Below, one piece after another: positions 39,146 to 47,873 of a stretch of 64,000 bases of DNA. Position 1 is the first letter of the stretch. The number at the start of each line of letters is the position of its first letter. A model generated the notes under the pieces. That model was given only the letters and a program-made list of their open reading frames with translations, searched no databases and was not told the origin of the DNA. The position numbers and the translations under genes were made by a program. Source of the DNA: Candidatus Altiarchaeota archaeon (GTDB taxonomy: Archaea > Altiarchaeota > Altiarchaeia > IMC4 > SCGC-AAA252-I15); NCBI GenBank assembly GCA_043800255.1, contig JAZDNF010000001.1, positions 32,001 to 96,000 of the forward strand, given 5' to 3'.

Positions 39146-40443
39146 CCTCTCACCTTCCTAATCTCCTGGTAGATTTTTGAGAGCGTCTCCTCGTCTGAGG
39201 ACGTGAACTCGAACGGAGACTTCAGGAACTTTCTGGCTGTCAACGGCACGTTGTCCATCCTATAGTATGTGGCGTCAGATTCGAAGCCGCTTATAACTCC
39301 CGGTATGACCAGATCTGCCATATACGTTGTCGGCGTCGGAGCCACGTCTATCGATATCAGCGGTATCTTTGCCATGTGCTCCACGCACTTCCGGGGGAAG
39401 TGGGCGACAGGGTCTGCTGATATGCTTAGCATGGCGTCGATCTCCCCCTCTCTCAAGAGGTCGATTATGGAAGTCTCCCCAGGGTTATAGCGCGGGTAGC
39501 CTCTGAAGAAGTCAACAGCAAACGGGTAGCCTGTCCTCCATGTCAGGACTTCGTTGAATCCTGCGACATTATAATGGCCTCTCATCGGTATCACAGAGAA
39601 CCTGGTGTGGTCGTTCAAAGTCTTCACAAGTTCGAGCAGATTTTCGATGTTATAGGCTTTCATGCCTGAGTGGGTGAGGCCGAGGCCTATGAATGCGACG
39701 CCATACTGGCATTTTTTCAGCATTTCAGCGAGCTTTTCAACGTCTCTCAGCTTGAGGCCAGCGACCTCGCTTACGTTCAGCGTCTCTCCATTGATGATCG
39801 CCCTTAGGGCTGAGATGAGCTCGAAATCGCTGTTAGGTTCTATCTGGTAGAAGAAGTTCGCCAGCTTTGCTGTAGTGCTCTTCCTCGTGTCTATCACTAT
39901 GATCTTCCTGTCCCTCCTGCCCTGCTCCCTGTACATTCCCCTCGGGTATGTTCCAAAGCGTGACATGTGCCTCGGGTGGGACTCCATCGGGTTTGAGCCC
40001 CAGTACACTATCAAGTCAGAGTAGTTCATCACCATACCCAGGGTGCAGGTCGGAAGCCCGCTCATCTGCTCCCCCAGTATCGTCGGCCCGTGGCAGTGGG
40101 ATGACTGGCTGTCGATGTAGCCTCTTATGTGCTCTGCGATGTCGACTCCGACTTTTATGGCCTCGCACGAGTTCTCGCTCCACCCATACAGGAGGGGGCG
40201 CTCGGCTTCGGTGAGCATCCTGGCAGCCTCCTTTACTGCCTCCTTCCAGCCGATCTCCTCTGCCTTTCCGTTGACTTTGAGTGTCGGCTTCATGATGCGT
40301 TCCATTCTGCCGATTTCCTCGAATTTAGACTTGCCGACAAGGCAGGCGCCGTTGACTTTGACGATTCTGCCGTCTTCCAACTCTACGATGATGTCGTCGC
40401 ATCCGCATCCGCATACCGGGCATGTTATGTCCTTATATATCAT
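39142..40443 (-). CDS. fwdB: Formylmethanofuran dehydrogenase subunit B (Mo/W-pterin)
   Basis: CPVCGCGCDD, HCHGP (Cys ligand, not Sec), HPRHMSR, MRGHYNV, YRMD. Confidence 0.95.
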   Translation of the reverse strand: MIYKDITCPVCGCGCDDIIVELEDGRIVKVNGACLVGKSKFEEIGRMERIMKPTLKVNGKAEEIGWKEAVKEAARMLTEAERPLLYGWSENSCEAIKVGVDIAEHIRGYIDSQSSHCHGPTILGEQMSGLPTCTLGMVMNYSDLIVYWGSNPMESHPRHMSRFGTYPRGMYREQGRRDRKIIVIDTRKSTTAKLANFFYQIEPNSDFELISALRAIINGETLNVSEVAGLKLRDVEKLAEMLKKCQYGVAFIGLGLTHSGMKAYNIENLLELVKTLNDHTRFSVIPMRGHYNVAGFNEVLTWRTGYPFAVDFFRGYPRYNPGETSIIDLLREGEIDAMLSISADPVAHFPRKCVEHMAKIPLISIDVAPTPTTYMADLVIPGVISGFESDATYYRMDNVPLTARKFLKSPFEFTSSDEETLSKIYQEIRKVRG

Positions 40444-41186
40444 CTTCTGATCCTGACCTCCCCCTTCCCTTTGAAGCTTACGTCGCCATCGTATAAGATG
40501 TACTGCCCGTCTTCGCCCTTCCTTTTGAGGTAGAATGGAGCGTCCATTGGCGTTTCTACTGTAATCGATCCCTTCTTCATAGCATATCCCAGCGGGCTTC
40601 CGCACTCTCTGGCTTTGATGGTTCCCCCACTCATGTAACTTCCTGTGAATTTCTCGACTCTGCCCTCTACTGTTATCTCCCCCCCTATAAGTCCTTTCCC
40701 GACGTCCAATCCGACGTTGCCTCCCACTTTGATGGTTCCGCCGCTCATTCCCGAGTCCTCTCCTCTAACAGCGCAGCCGACATAGCATTCCACGCTCCCC
40801 TTAACTTCTATGGTGCCTCCTCTCATGCCAGTCCCAACCCAGCCTCCAGCGTCCTCTTCGACTATTATGCTGCCGCCTACCATGCCCTCGCCGAGGTGCA
40901 GGCCTGCGCCGCCTTTGACCAGTATCTCGCCTGCCTTCATATCCTCCCCGATTCTTTTAACCTTTGAGAAGTCTCCCTCCAGCAGGAGCTTCTGGTCTTC
41001 AGGCTTTTTGGCAATCTCACCCTCGATTTGGAAGACCTCGCCCAACGTTTTCTTCCTGTTGCCTGCGTAGACTTCAAGCTCCAGTATCTGCTTCATGGTC
41101 TTGCCTGCGAAGGACTCAGGCTTCAAAGCCTCCGCCTCGATCGGATAGTCCAATTTTTCCTTCAGCTTAATTGTTAACGTCTTCAT
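40440..41186 (-). CDS. fwdC: Formylmethanofuran dehydrogenase subunit C
   Basis: GxxMxGG beta-helix repeats; VKRIG. Confidence 0.93.
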   Translation of the reverse strand: MKTLTIKLKEKLDYPIEAEALKPESFAGKTMKQILELEVYAGNRKKTLGEVFQIEGEIAKKPEDQKLLLEGDFSKVKRIGEDMKAGEILVKGGAGLHLGEGMVGGSIIVEEDAGGWVGTGMRGGTIEVKGSVECYVGCAVRGEDSGMSGGTIKVGGNVGLDVGKGLIGGEITVEGRVEKFTGSYMSGGTIKARECGSPLGYAMKKGSITVETPMDAPFYLKRKGEDGQYILYDGDVSFKGKGEVRIRR

Positions 41187-42765
41187 CTCTCACCCTATAA
41201 TTTGAAAGCCCAACGCTGTAGTATCTCCTGAAGAAGGTGCTGAGTTCATCGTCCAGTTCTTTGTTGTCAACTTTCCTGTCAGTGTGCTTTGTAACGCCCT
41301 TGAACGATTTTGCCACAACGCCGTCCTTGACGACAAGTTCGCCCTTTATCACTGAGTAATCTGCCTTGGTGAAGCCCTCCTCTATCCCGTTGCTTAAGTC
41401 ATAGACCGCGAAGCCGGCTTCCGCTCCCTCCCTTATCCCGTCATACTTGAGCCCCAGTATCCTGGCCGGGGTGCTCCTAGTGACTTTGGCTATCTCATAG
41501 AGCGTGTACTCCCTGTCCAGGCTCAGGAGCGTTGTCTTCTTCTCAAAGGCGGGGTTCAGGGTTTTCGCGTACTCTTCCCTCCCTTTCCTGCTCATCAGCC
41601 ACTCGATTATCCTGGGATACCTTATGTAGGGCCCAGCGTTTGGGTGGTCTGTTGACAGGCAGACCCTGTCAAGGTCCTCGGCCAACAGCATCAGCTCCAG
41701 TCCAACAGCCCATTGGGTGGAGTTGACTGGGTTCTTGCTGGAGTAGTGTATTGGGACTATGCCTGCGCCGTGCTCCAGCTCGACGTCGCCTGAAGTCCAC
41801 TTCTCGTGTATCAGCTTCGAAAGGTATTGTTCGAAGGGGCTGTCAGCGGTGAGCGTCGTAGTGTAGTCCAGTGTTATCTGGCCGACGTCGAACGTTATCC
41901 TCTTGTCCTTATTGACGTGCTTCATTATCTCATCAGTCTTGGAGCAGAATTCCTTCCACGAGTCTCCGCCGTAGCTGTTGAACTGCAGGTGGGTCACGTG
42001 CATTCTCTTCTCTGTCAGGCTCATCTCCTCGAGCGCTGACATATAATTCCCATAATAGCCCATCCCGTTCAAGTGTATGTGTATCGGGTGGGGGAGCTCT
42101 AGCTCGTTGTTCGCCCTCTCCAGGTTTCTTATTATGTCCGATGGTGTGATGTCAAGTTTCGGTATCATTGAGTCAGGTTTAGTCTTCTTCTGGTTCCAAA
42201 CCCATGAGAGGAACGCTCCAGGAGCTACGAGCTTTATCCCGTACGTTTTCGTCCTGTCAAGCATCCATGCGACATAATCGGTTAACTTCTCCGTCTCACC
42301 CCTCCTTATGAAATCAGCCACCAGGTAGTTGTTGCCAAGCATCAGGAGCCCGACCTTGTCCATGAGCGGTATGTCGTTCACCTCGTGATGGTAGTGTTTC
42401 ACCTTGAGGGGCGAGACGTCCGGGACGCAGAGTGTGCTATAACCCATAAGCGCGTACTGGTATCCTGTGAGGAACGTTGAGGGGCATGAGAACCCGGAAC
42501 CTGAACGGAGGCTCCCTCTGGACTCCAAGACAACGCTCTTGTCTTCAGGCCGCATCATCCTCGCGGCGTTCACAGCCGAGCCTGCTACGTGGGTGTGAAT
42601 GTCAACGCCTGAAGGCATGAGCACCTTGCCCTTCGCGTCTATGACCTCAGGCTTCCCCTTCGCCTTTCCAACGATCCTGCCATTCTCGACGAGGACGCTC
42701 ATCACCTCCCCGTCTATCTTGTTGACTGGGTCGTAGACTTTTGCGTTTCTGAACTCTAAGGCCAT
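41167..42765 (-). CDS. fwdA: Formylmethanofuran dehydrogenase subunit A (amidohydrolase)
   Basis: VYDPVN, DIHTH, HIH, THLQF, QWAVGLE, TDHPNAGP. Confidence 0.95.
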   Translation of the reverse strand: MALEFRNAKVYDPVNKIDGEVMSVLVENGRIVGKAKGKPEVIDAKGKVLMPSGVDIHTHVAGSAVNAARMMRPEDKSVVLESRGSLRSGSGFSCPSTFLTGYQYALMGYSTLCVPDVSPLKVKHYHHEVNDIPLMDKVGLLMLGNNYLVADFIRRGETEKLTDYVAWMLDRTKTYGIKLVAPGAFLSWVWNQKKTKPDSMIPKLDITPSDIIRNLERANNELELPHPIHIHLNGMGYYGNYMSALEEMSLTEKRMHVTHLQFNSYGGDSWKEFCSKTDEIMKHVNKDKRITFDVGQITLDYTTTLTADSPFEQYLSKLIHEKWTSGDVELEHGAGIVPIHYSSKNPVNSTQWAVGLELMLLAEDLDRVCLSTDHPNAGPYIRYPRIIEWLMSRKGREEYAKTLNPAFEKKTTLLSLDREYTLYEIAKVTRSTPARILGLKYDGIREGAEAGFAVYDLSNGIEEGFTKADYSVIKGELVVKDGVVAKSFKGVTKHTDRKVDNKELDDELSTFFRRYYSVGLSNYRVRDEDVNN

Positions 42766-42766
42766 C

Positions 42767-43219
42767 TTATGCGAAATCCAGTGCATCATAGGGGCAGGAG
42801 TCAGCGCATATCCTGCACTTCTTGTCATCGCCGAAGCGCCTGCACTTTTTCAGGTTCACTATCCTGACTTTGCCCTTGGCGACCCTCAACACGACGTCCT
42901 CGCTCTCAGGGTCTTTGCCTCCTCCGGCGCTCGGGTCATGCATCGCTGACACGGGGCACGCTATCACGCAGTTCCCGCAGCCAGTGCACCTGTCCTCGTT
43001 TATTATTATGCCAGTCTCCTCAGACTTAGCCCTGCCTGAGAGCATGGTCTCAAGCTCTTTCTTATGCTTTGAGAAGCTCTCTTGGAGTATCGGAGTGCAT
43101 TCGACAATCTTCGCATCTCCCTTGAGCAGCTTTGACGCGAATCCCATGCACGTGTCTACTCCGCATTTCCCGCAGTTCAGGCCGGGCAGCTTTTTGTAGA
43201 CTTCCATCAGGTTTACCAT
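42767..43219 (-). CDS. fwdG: FwdG-like ferredoxin with N-terminal FeS domain
   Basis: LPGLNCGKCG..TC; CTGCGNCVIACPV; CRICADSCP. Confidence 0.78.
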   Translation of the reverse strand: MVNLMEVYKKLPGLNCGKCGVDTCMGFASKLLKGDAKIVECTPILQESFSKHKKELETMLSGRAKSEETGIIINEDRCTGCGNCVIACPVSAMHDPSAGGGKDPESEDVVLRVAKGKVRIVNLKKCRRFGDDKKCRICADSCPYDALDFA

Positions 43220-43223
43220 CCTC

Positions 43224-44588
43224 TTACCTCCATTTCTCCTTCACGAACTTCCCTATCTCGGACGAGTCTCTCGGGCCTATGAGGACTTCCCATCCTGTCT
43301 CATCTTCTATTGTTCCTCTGATCTGCGAGGCGAACATCGGCAGTATAAGCTTCCTGTGCTTTACCTTATCTGCAAGCTTGCTGTTTTCGATGGCCTCCCT
43401 TATCTTCGACCCTGACAGGTCTCCTGTCGCGATTGCAGTGTCGACCGCAAAACCTTTGGTTCCTACAACCAGAAGGTAGCTGTCTATGCTGCTCTTCTGC
43501 AGGTCTCCAGCCACTGTGAAATACGTCAGGGAGAAGTTGGTTGTCACAAAGACAGGCGAATTCTCGCCCGGCTTTCCTATCTCATACAGCTTAGCATCCA
43601 CCTCAGGTTCCGTCCTCGGGTCAGTGTATATGTTCTGCCTCAGCGTCAGCATGTGAATCAGCGACCACGGCTCTATGGAGTGGACCACTATCAGGGATGC
43701 GAACCTTGACAGCAGAGCGCATGCCAGGACAGTCTCATAGTATGCTGCCATTATTCTGTCCTTTGTGCCGGTCCAGGCTATTGCAGGCACTCCCATAAGA
43801 GGATAGCCGAGTTCCCTGACGTTCTTTACAGCCGACTTCCTGAGCATCGTGAAACCTTCAATGGTGTTCTTGAGGCCTGAGCCTACAGGCATCGTCCCAG
43901 GGTCTAAGACTACGTTATCGTGGCCCAGATTGGAAGCTATGCTGCCGAGCATGTCGAAATCGTTGGAATAGACTGCCATGGGCGCGTTGTACCTCTCTGA
44001 GAGGGCGTTAACCTTCTCCCAGTTTTTCTCGTTGGCTGCGTAAATCAGAGGCCGCCTGCCATCGAGCTTTTTGAGGCCTGCCTCCAGCGCTTTCGGGTCG
44101 AAGGAGCACAATACCATCGGACCGTTAAAGCTCTTAGCGACTCTCTCGACCGTTTTAGCGTATTTTTCAGGATTTTTGGATGCGCATCTCACTGCTATGG
44201 CATCCAGTCTAAGTTTCTCCCCAATCCTCTCCAGCACGAAGTTCTTGACAAAGTTGATTCTGCCGTCTATCTCGGCGTCGGGCATGGTATCGCTGACGTC
44301 GACCGCTATCCTGCAGGGGTTGAAGAACTTCAGCTCGTGCCTGTACATGACCTCCTCGCCCCCCAATGTCATCCCCTCAGGATGGCCGAATCTGACCTCC
44401 TTGACAGGGGGAGTGACCATGTCCATCAGCTTCCCGAGGTTCTCCTTGACTATGTACGGGCACTCGCCCAGCTTCCGCCCCCTGTCTATGAGCTTTATGG
44501 CGAAGCTCATGCACGTGTTCTCCCCGCAGTCCTTGCAGTTCGTCTTCGGCAGGAGCTTGTAGAGCTCCATTGCGGTTGTTCTGGGCAT
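43224..44588 (-). CDS. cdhE: ACDS corrinoid Fe-S protein large (gamma) subunit
   Basis: LPKTNCKDCG..TCMSFA, LRQNIYTDP, TTNFSLTYF, GPRDSS. Confidence 0.95.
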   Translation of the reverse strand: MPRTTAMELYKLLPKTNCKDCGENTCMSFAIKLIDRGRKLGECPYIVKENLGKLMDMVTPPVKEVRFGHPEGMTLGGEEVMYRHELKFFNPCRIAVDVSDTMPDAEIDGRINFVKNFVLERIGEKLRLDAIAVRCASKNPEKYAKTVERVAKSFNGPMVLCSFDPKALEAGLKKLDGRRPLIYAANEKNWEKVNALSERYNAPMAVYSNDFDMLGSIASNLGHDNVVLDPGTMPVGSGLKNTIEGFTMLRKSAVKNVRELGYPLMGVPAIAWTGTKDRIMAAYYETVLACALLSRFASLIVVHSIEPWSLIHMLTLRQNIYTDPRTEPEVDAKLYEIGKPGENSPVFVTTNFSLTYFTVAGDLQKSSIDSYLLVVGTKGFAVDTAIATGDLSGSKIREAIENSKLADKVKHRKLILPMFASQIRGTIEDETGWEVLIGPRDSSEIGKFVKEKWR

Positions 44589-45742
44589 TATCCCATCACC
44601 ACCCAATCCTCGTAATCTAGTTCAGGCTTTTTCTTCTCGTCCCAGAAGAGGTTTATGACCTCCTTCACGGATGCTATCGCAGCAGGGTGGAGCATCATGT
44701 ACAAATCAGTCCCAGAGAAGAGCGCAATGATCCCTGTTATCGTCTCCCAGAGGGGGCCTCTCAGCTCCTTGGGGCCCAATGCTGGGTCTTTTATCCACGC
44801 CTCTCTGGCGCTCCACGCGTTCGAGACTCCTGCCATTATCGGCATGGCGAGGTCCTTGTCGCCTTTCAGGGCAGACAGCCTTATCCTCTCCATCGTGCTG
44901 ATTGAGTACTCTATCCCATAGCCGAGGGAGGCCATGTTCGGGTCCATTATTATCCTGTCTGCAGGAAGGCCTCCCTTCATGATTTTCTTGTTCATCTGTT
45001 TCATCCCTGGGACGTCCATCGAAACCAGTGACAGTATCAGATGGTTGTGCTCTACCGCTGCCTTTACTACTGTCTCGTATCCCATGCCTGGCGAGACTGA
45101 GGATATGAGTACCCTCTCCCCTGACGCCGCCTCGGCGGCCTTTGTCAGGACTTCAGCGTCCTTCTCATAGTTTCCTGAGCCTGATATTATTATCGGGACT
45201 TTCACAGCCTGTAGGACGTCTTCAACGGTTTTAACCGCATCCTTCGCAGGCCTGTTCCACAGGTTCGGGTCTGTGCTCACCAAATGAAGCGTGACCATGT
45301 CTGCGCCGAAGTCTTTGACCTGTTTTTTCGCCCACTCCGCCGGATCTTTCATCGCATCGCCAAAATTCTCCTTGACGAATCCTGGCAGCCTGAAGGGCAC
45401 GTCGAAGACGTCGTGGCTTATTATCGGCTTGTTGGGCATCTTCCCCTCGAAGAAGTAAAGTGGTGGTGCGGTCTCCCCGCCTATCCTGAGCGTCTTACCC
45501 CTTGTGCCTCCTTCAGAGCTTGTTGCTCCCAGCGTGACCTCATGTACCCTGTTAGCGTACGATTCTGCAGGAATCTGGAACCTGAACTTCCTCTCAACCT
45601 GTTTAGCCTTCTCGACTGCCTTCCTCACGCTCTGCATTATGGCGTGCGGCATCAGCCCAAGCTCTATCTCCTCCGCCTCGAGGTTGAAGTCCTCTATCTC
45701 AAGCTCCTCAATGCCTTTCAGTATGTCCTCTATGTCTATCAT
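44588..45742 (-). CDS. cdhD: ACDS corrinoid Fe-S protein small (delta) subunit
   Basis: DPAEWAK, HLVSTDP, LGYGIEY, NAWSAREAW, MMLHP. Confidence 0.95.
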   Translation of the reverse strand: MIDIEDILKGIEELEIEDFNLEAEEIELGLMPHAIMQSVRKAVEKAKQVERKFRFQIPAESYANRVHEVTLGATSSEGGTRGKTLRIGGETAPPLYFFEGKMPNKPIISHDVFDVPFRLPGFVKENFGDAMKDPAEWAKKQVKDFGADMVTLHLVSTDPNLWNRPAKDAVKTVEDVLQAVKVPIIISGSGNYEKDAEVLTKAAEAASGERVLISSVSPGMGYETVVKAAVEHNHLILSLVSMDVPGMKQMNKKIMKGGLPADRIIMDPNMASLGYGIEYSISTMERIRLSALKGDKDLAMPIMAGVSNAWSAREAWIKDPALGPKELRGPLWETITGIIALFSGTDLYMMLHPAAIASVKEVINLFWDEKKKPELDYEDWVVMG

Positions 45743-46485
45743 GTCAGCCCCCCTGCAAAGGATGAGACGCTATTGTAAGCTTCCGAGTCTGCCGGCAGAT
45801 TTATCAGAGGCTTTCCTTCGAGGTCGTATTCTGCCACAAGCGTGTCCTCAGGTATCAGCCCTATGACGTCTATGCCAACTTCCTTCGCCTCCTTGAGCAT
45901 GAGTTCCCTGTTCCCGCTCTTCACCCTGTTCAGCACAAGGAACATGCTGTCGAACTCTATCCCCAGCTCTTTGGCAAGATCTTTTATCCTTCTAGCGGTG
46001 AGGAAACCCTTCTTTGACGGGTCTGTCACTATCAGCATGGTGTTGACGTTCTGCGTCGTCCTTCTGGACATGTGCTCCAGGCCTGCTTCGGCGTCTATGA
46101 TGCAGTAGTCGTAAGCCTGCGTGGTCTCGTCTATTATGTTCCTCAGCAGGTGGTTTATGGCGCAGTAGCATCCCGGCCCTTCAGGCCTGCCCATGACGAT
46201 GAGGTCGAATCCGTCCTCCTCCACTGTTATCTCGAAGACCTTGGAGGACAGGTGTTTCTCCTTCTCAACTCCCGGGGGGAGTTTCTCGCTGAGGAGGTCT
46301 TCCCTTATGTCGCCTACTGTCTTCTCGAATTTCACGTTCAAGGATTCGGCCAGGTTGGAGTCTGGGTCTGCGTCTATGGCAAGCAGACTTCCTTTGCCGC
46401 TCTCCTTTATCGCTCTCACCAATAAAGCGGAGAGCAGCGTCTTCCCGACCCCTCCCTTGCCTGATACTGCTATTATCTTTACCAT
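45739..46485 (-). CDS. cooC: Nickel-insertion ATPase CooC/AcsF
   Basis: GKGGVGKT, DADP, GPGCYC, EAGLEHMSR. Confidence 0.93.
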   Translation of the reverse strand: MVKIIAVSGKGGVGKTLLSALLVRAIKESGKGSLLAIDADPDSNLAESLNVKFEKTVGDIREDLLSEKLPPGVEKEKHLSSKVFEITVEEDGFDLIVMGRPEGPGCYCAINHLLRNIIDETTQAYDYCIIDAEAGLEHMSRRTTQNVNTMLIVTDPSKKGFLTARRIKDLAKELGIEFDSMFLVLNRVKSGNRELMLKEAKEVGIDVIGLIPEDTLVAEYDLEGKPLINLPADSEAYNSVSSFAGGLT

Positions 46486-47873
46486 TATCTTTTCTTGTCG
46501 ACTTTTTTGATTATCACCTTTTCAGCGTGTATTTTGGCGTTCTTCAGTATTATCCTGAAGCCGCCTGCAGCCGGAAGCGCCAGCGTGGGGGCTGATATCA
46601 CCTCCTGGCCCTGGGGGAAGTCCAAGGTCTCACCAGCCTTCTCCTTTGGAGCCTCCTCTATGTCCTCCTTTTGTCTGCTCATCAGGGGGTGTTTTTTCTC
46701 CTTCAGGAAGGTTTTCAGCTCCTCCATGCCTTTGACTTCGTTCTCTGTCGGTATCTTCTCGAACAACTCCTTTGGGATCGCATCAGCCATCCTCTCCTTC
46801 ACGTTGGACGGCATCCAGGCTATCCTGTTCCATCCGCCGTCTGCTGAGAGGAACTTGTCAGAGTGCATCCACTGCAGGCCGAAGCCGAGGAAGCCTTCGG
46901 TCTGGATCCCTCCTCCGGACTGGCTTGCCATGGTCGAAAACTTCAGGCCGTTGACGGTCTCCCCCTTGAAGTTCCTGTCCAGCACTCCTATGCCATCCAC
47001 CTCTGGAATGTAGAATGCTATCGCCTCGAAGCATCCGCATGATGTGTGGGGCTTGTCGAACATGCTGTACATCTGGAACCTCTCGTTGGCTCCGTTCGAC
47101 CCCTCTTTCACGGCATCGTTCACGCCGGAGTATTCTCCCTTCTCCTCATCGATTGTTTCCCCTTTCACTACCTTATAGATGGGCCCGTCTGGTTCGACCC
47201 TTGCCGCCGCGCTGGCGTCTATCCAGCTTATGGCGCCGCAGAGTGACGTCCTCTGGGGGCTTATCATGCATATGTGATTGGGTGCGAAGGACTGGCATAG
47301 CGTGCATGCGTAGAAGTCTTCCACGTCCTTGTCCTTCATGCCTCTTACTCTCACGTCTCTGCTCTCGTAGACTTTTAGGGCTTTATTGTAGAATTCTTCC
47401 ACTTTTTTCTCGTCCGTTATGAACGTTATCTGCATCTTCTGGATGAATGGCAGCTCCTTCTTGAACAGGTCCATCAAGGCCCCTCCTATGTGCTTGAAGG
47501 TGAGGCCTTTCTTCTTCGCCTCCTTGCTCACCCTGATCCAGATGTCATACCTCTGGTTCAGGTGCATCACGCCTTGAATGTAATTCATGAAATCGTGGTT
47601 CCTCCTCTCTATCACAGGCTCTAAGTCGCTGTCAATCTCCTTGCCGTAGACTTCAAGGTATATCCCAAGCGGCTGTTTGCTGCCTTCTTCGAAGTCGCCT
47701 ATGTCCTTCCCGACGACCTCGACTTTTCCGTCCTCAATCTCCTTTTCAGGCTTAACCTGGGTGAGTTCCGCCTTGTACTTCACTTTCGGGCCTCCGAACT
47801 CGACCTGCGTGTCAGGCCCCCTGATACGCTCCCCCTCGTATATTATCCCAACGTCCACTGGAATCTTAATCAT
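46485..47873 (-). CDS. cdhC: ACDS beta subunit (acetyl-CoA synthase)
   Basis: GERIR, HLNQR, CTLCQSFAP, LCGA, PHTSCGCFE. Confidence 0.96.
   Translation of the reverse strand: MIKIPVDVGIIYEGERIRGPDTQVEFGGPKVKYKAELTQVKPEKEIEDGKVEVVGKDIGDFEEGSKQPLGIYLEVYGKEIDSDLEPVIERRNHDFMNYIQGVMHLNQRYDIWIRVSKEAKKKGLTFKHIGGALMDLFKKELPFIQKMQITFITDEKKVEEFYNKALKVYESRDVRVRGMKDKDVEDFYACTLCQSFAPNHICMISPQRTSLCGAISWIDASAAARVEPDGPIYKVVKGETIDEEKGEYSGVNDAVKEGSNGANERFQMYSMFDKPHTSCGCFEAIAFYIPEVDGIGVLDRNFKGETVNGLKFSTMASQSGGGIQTEGFLGFGLQWMHSDKFLSADGGWNRIAWMPSNVKERMADAIPKELFEKIPTENEVKGMEELKTFLKEKKHPLMSRQKEDIEEAPKEKAGETLDFPQGQEVISAPTLALPAAGGFRIILKNAKIHAEKVIIKKVDKKR

Noticed and set aside
39142-40443. Possible selenocysteine recoding in FwdB, hydrogenase or MvhD domain
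   Set aside because: All relevant positions are Cys codons; no in-frame TGA
40440-41186. Gly-rich periodic repeats
   Set aside because: Normal FwdC beta-helix repeats
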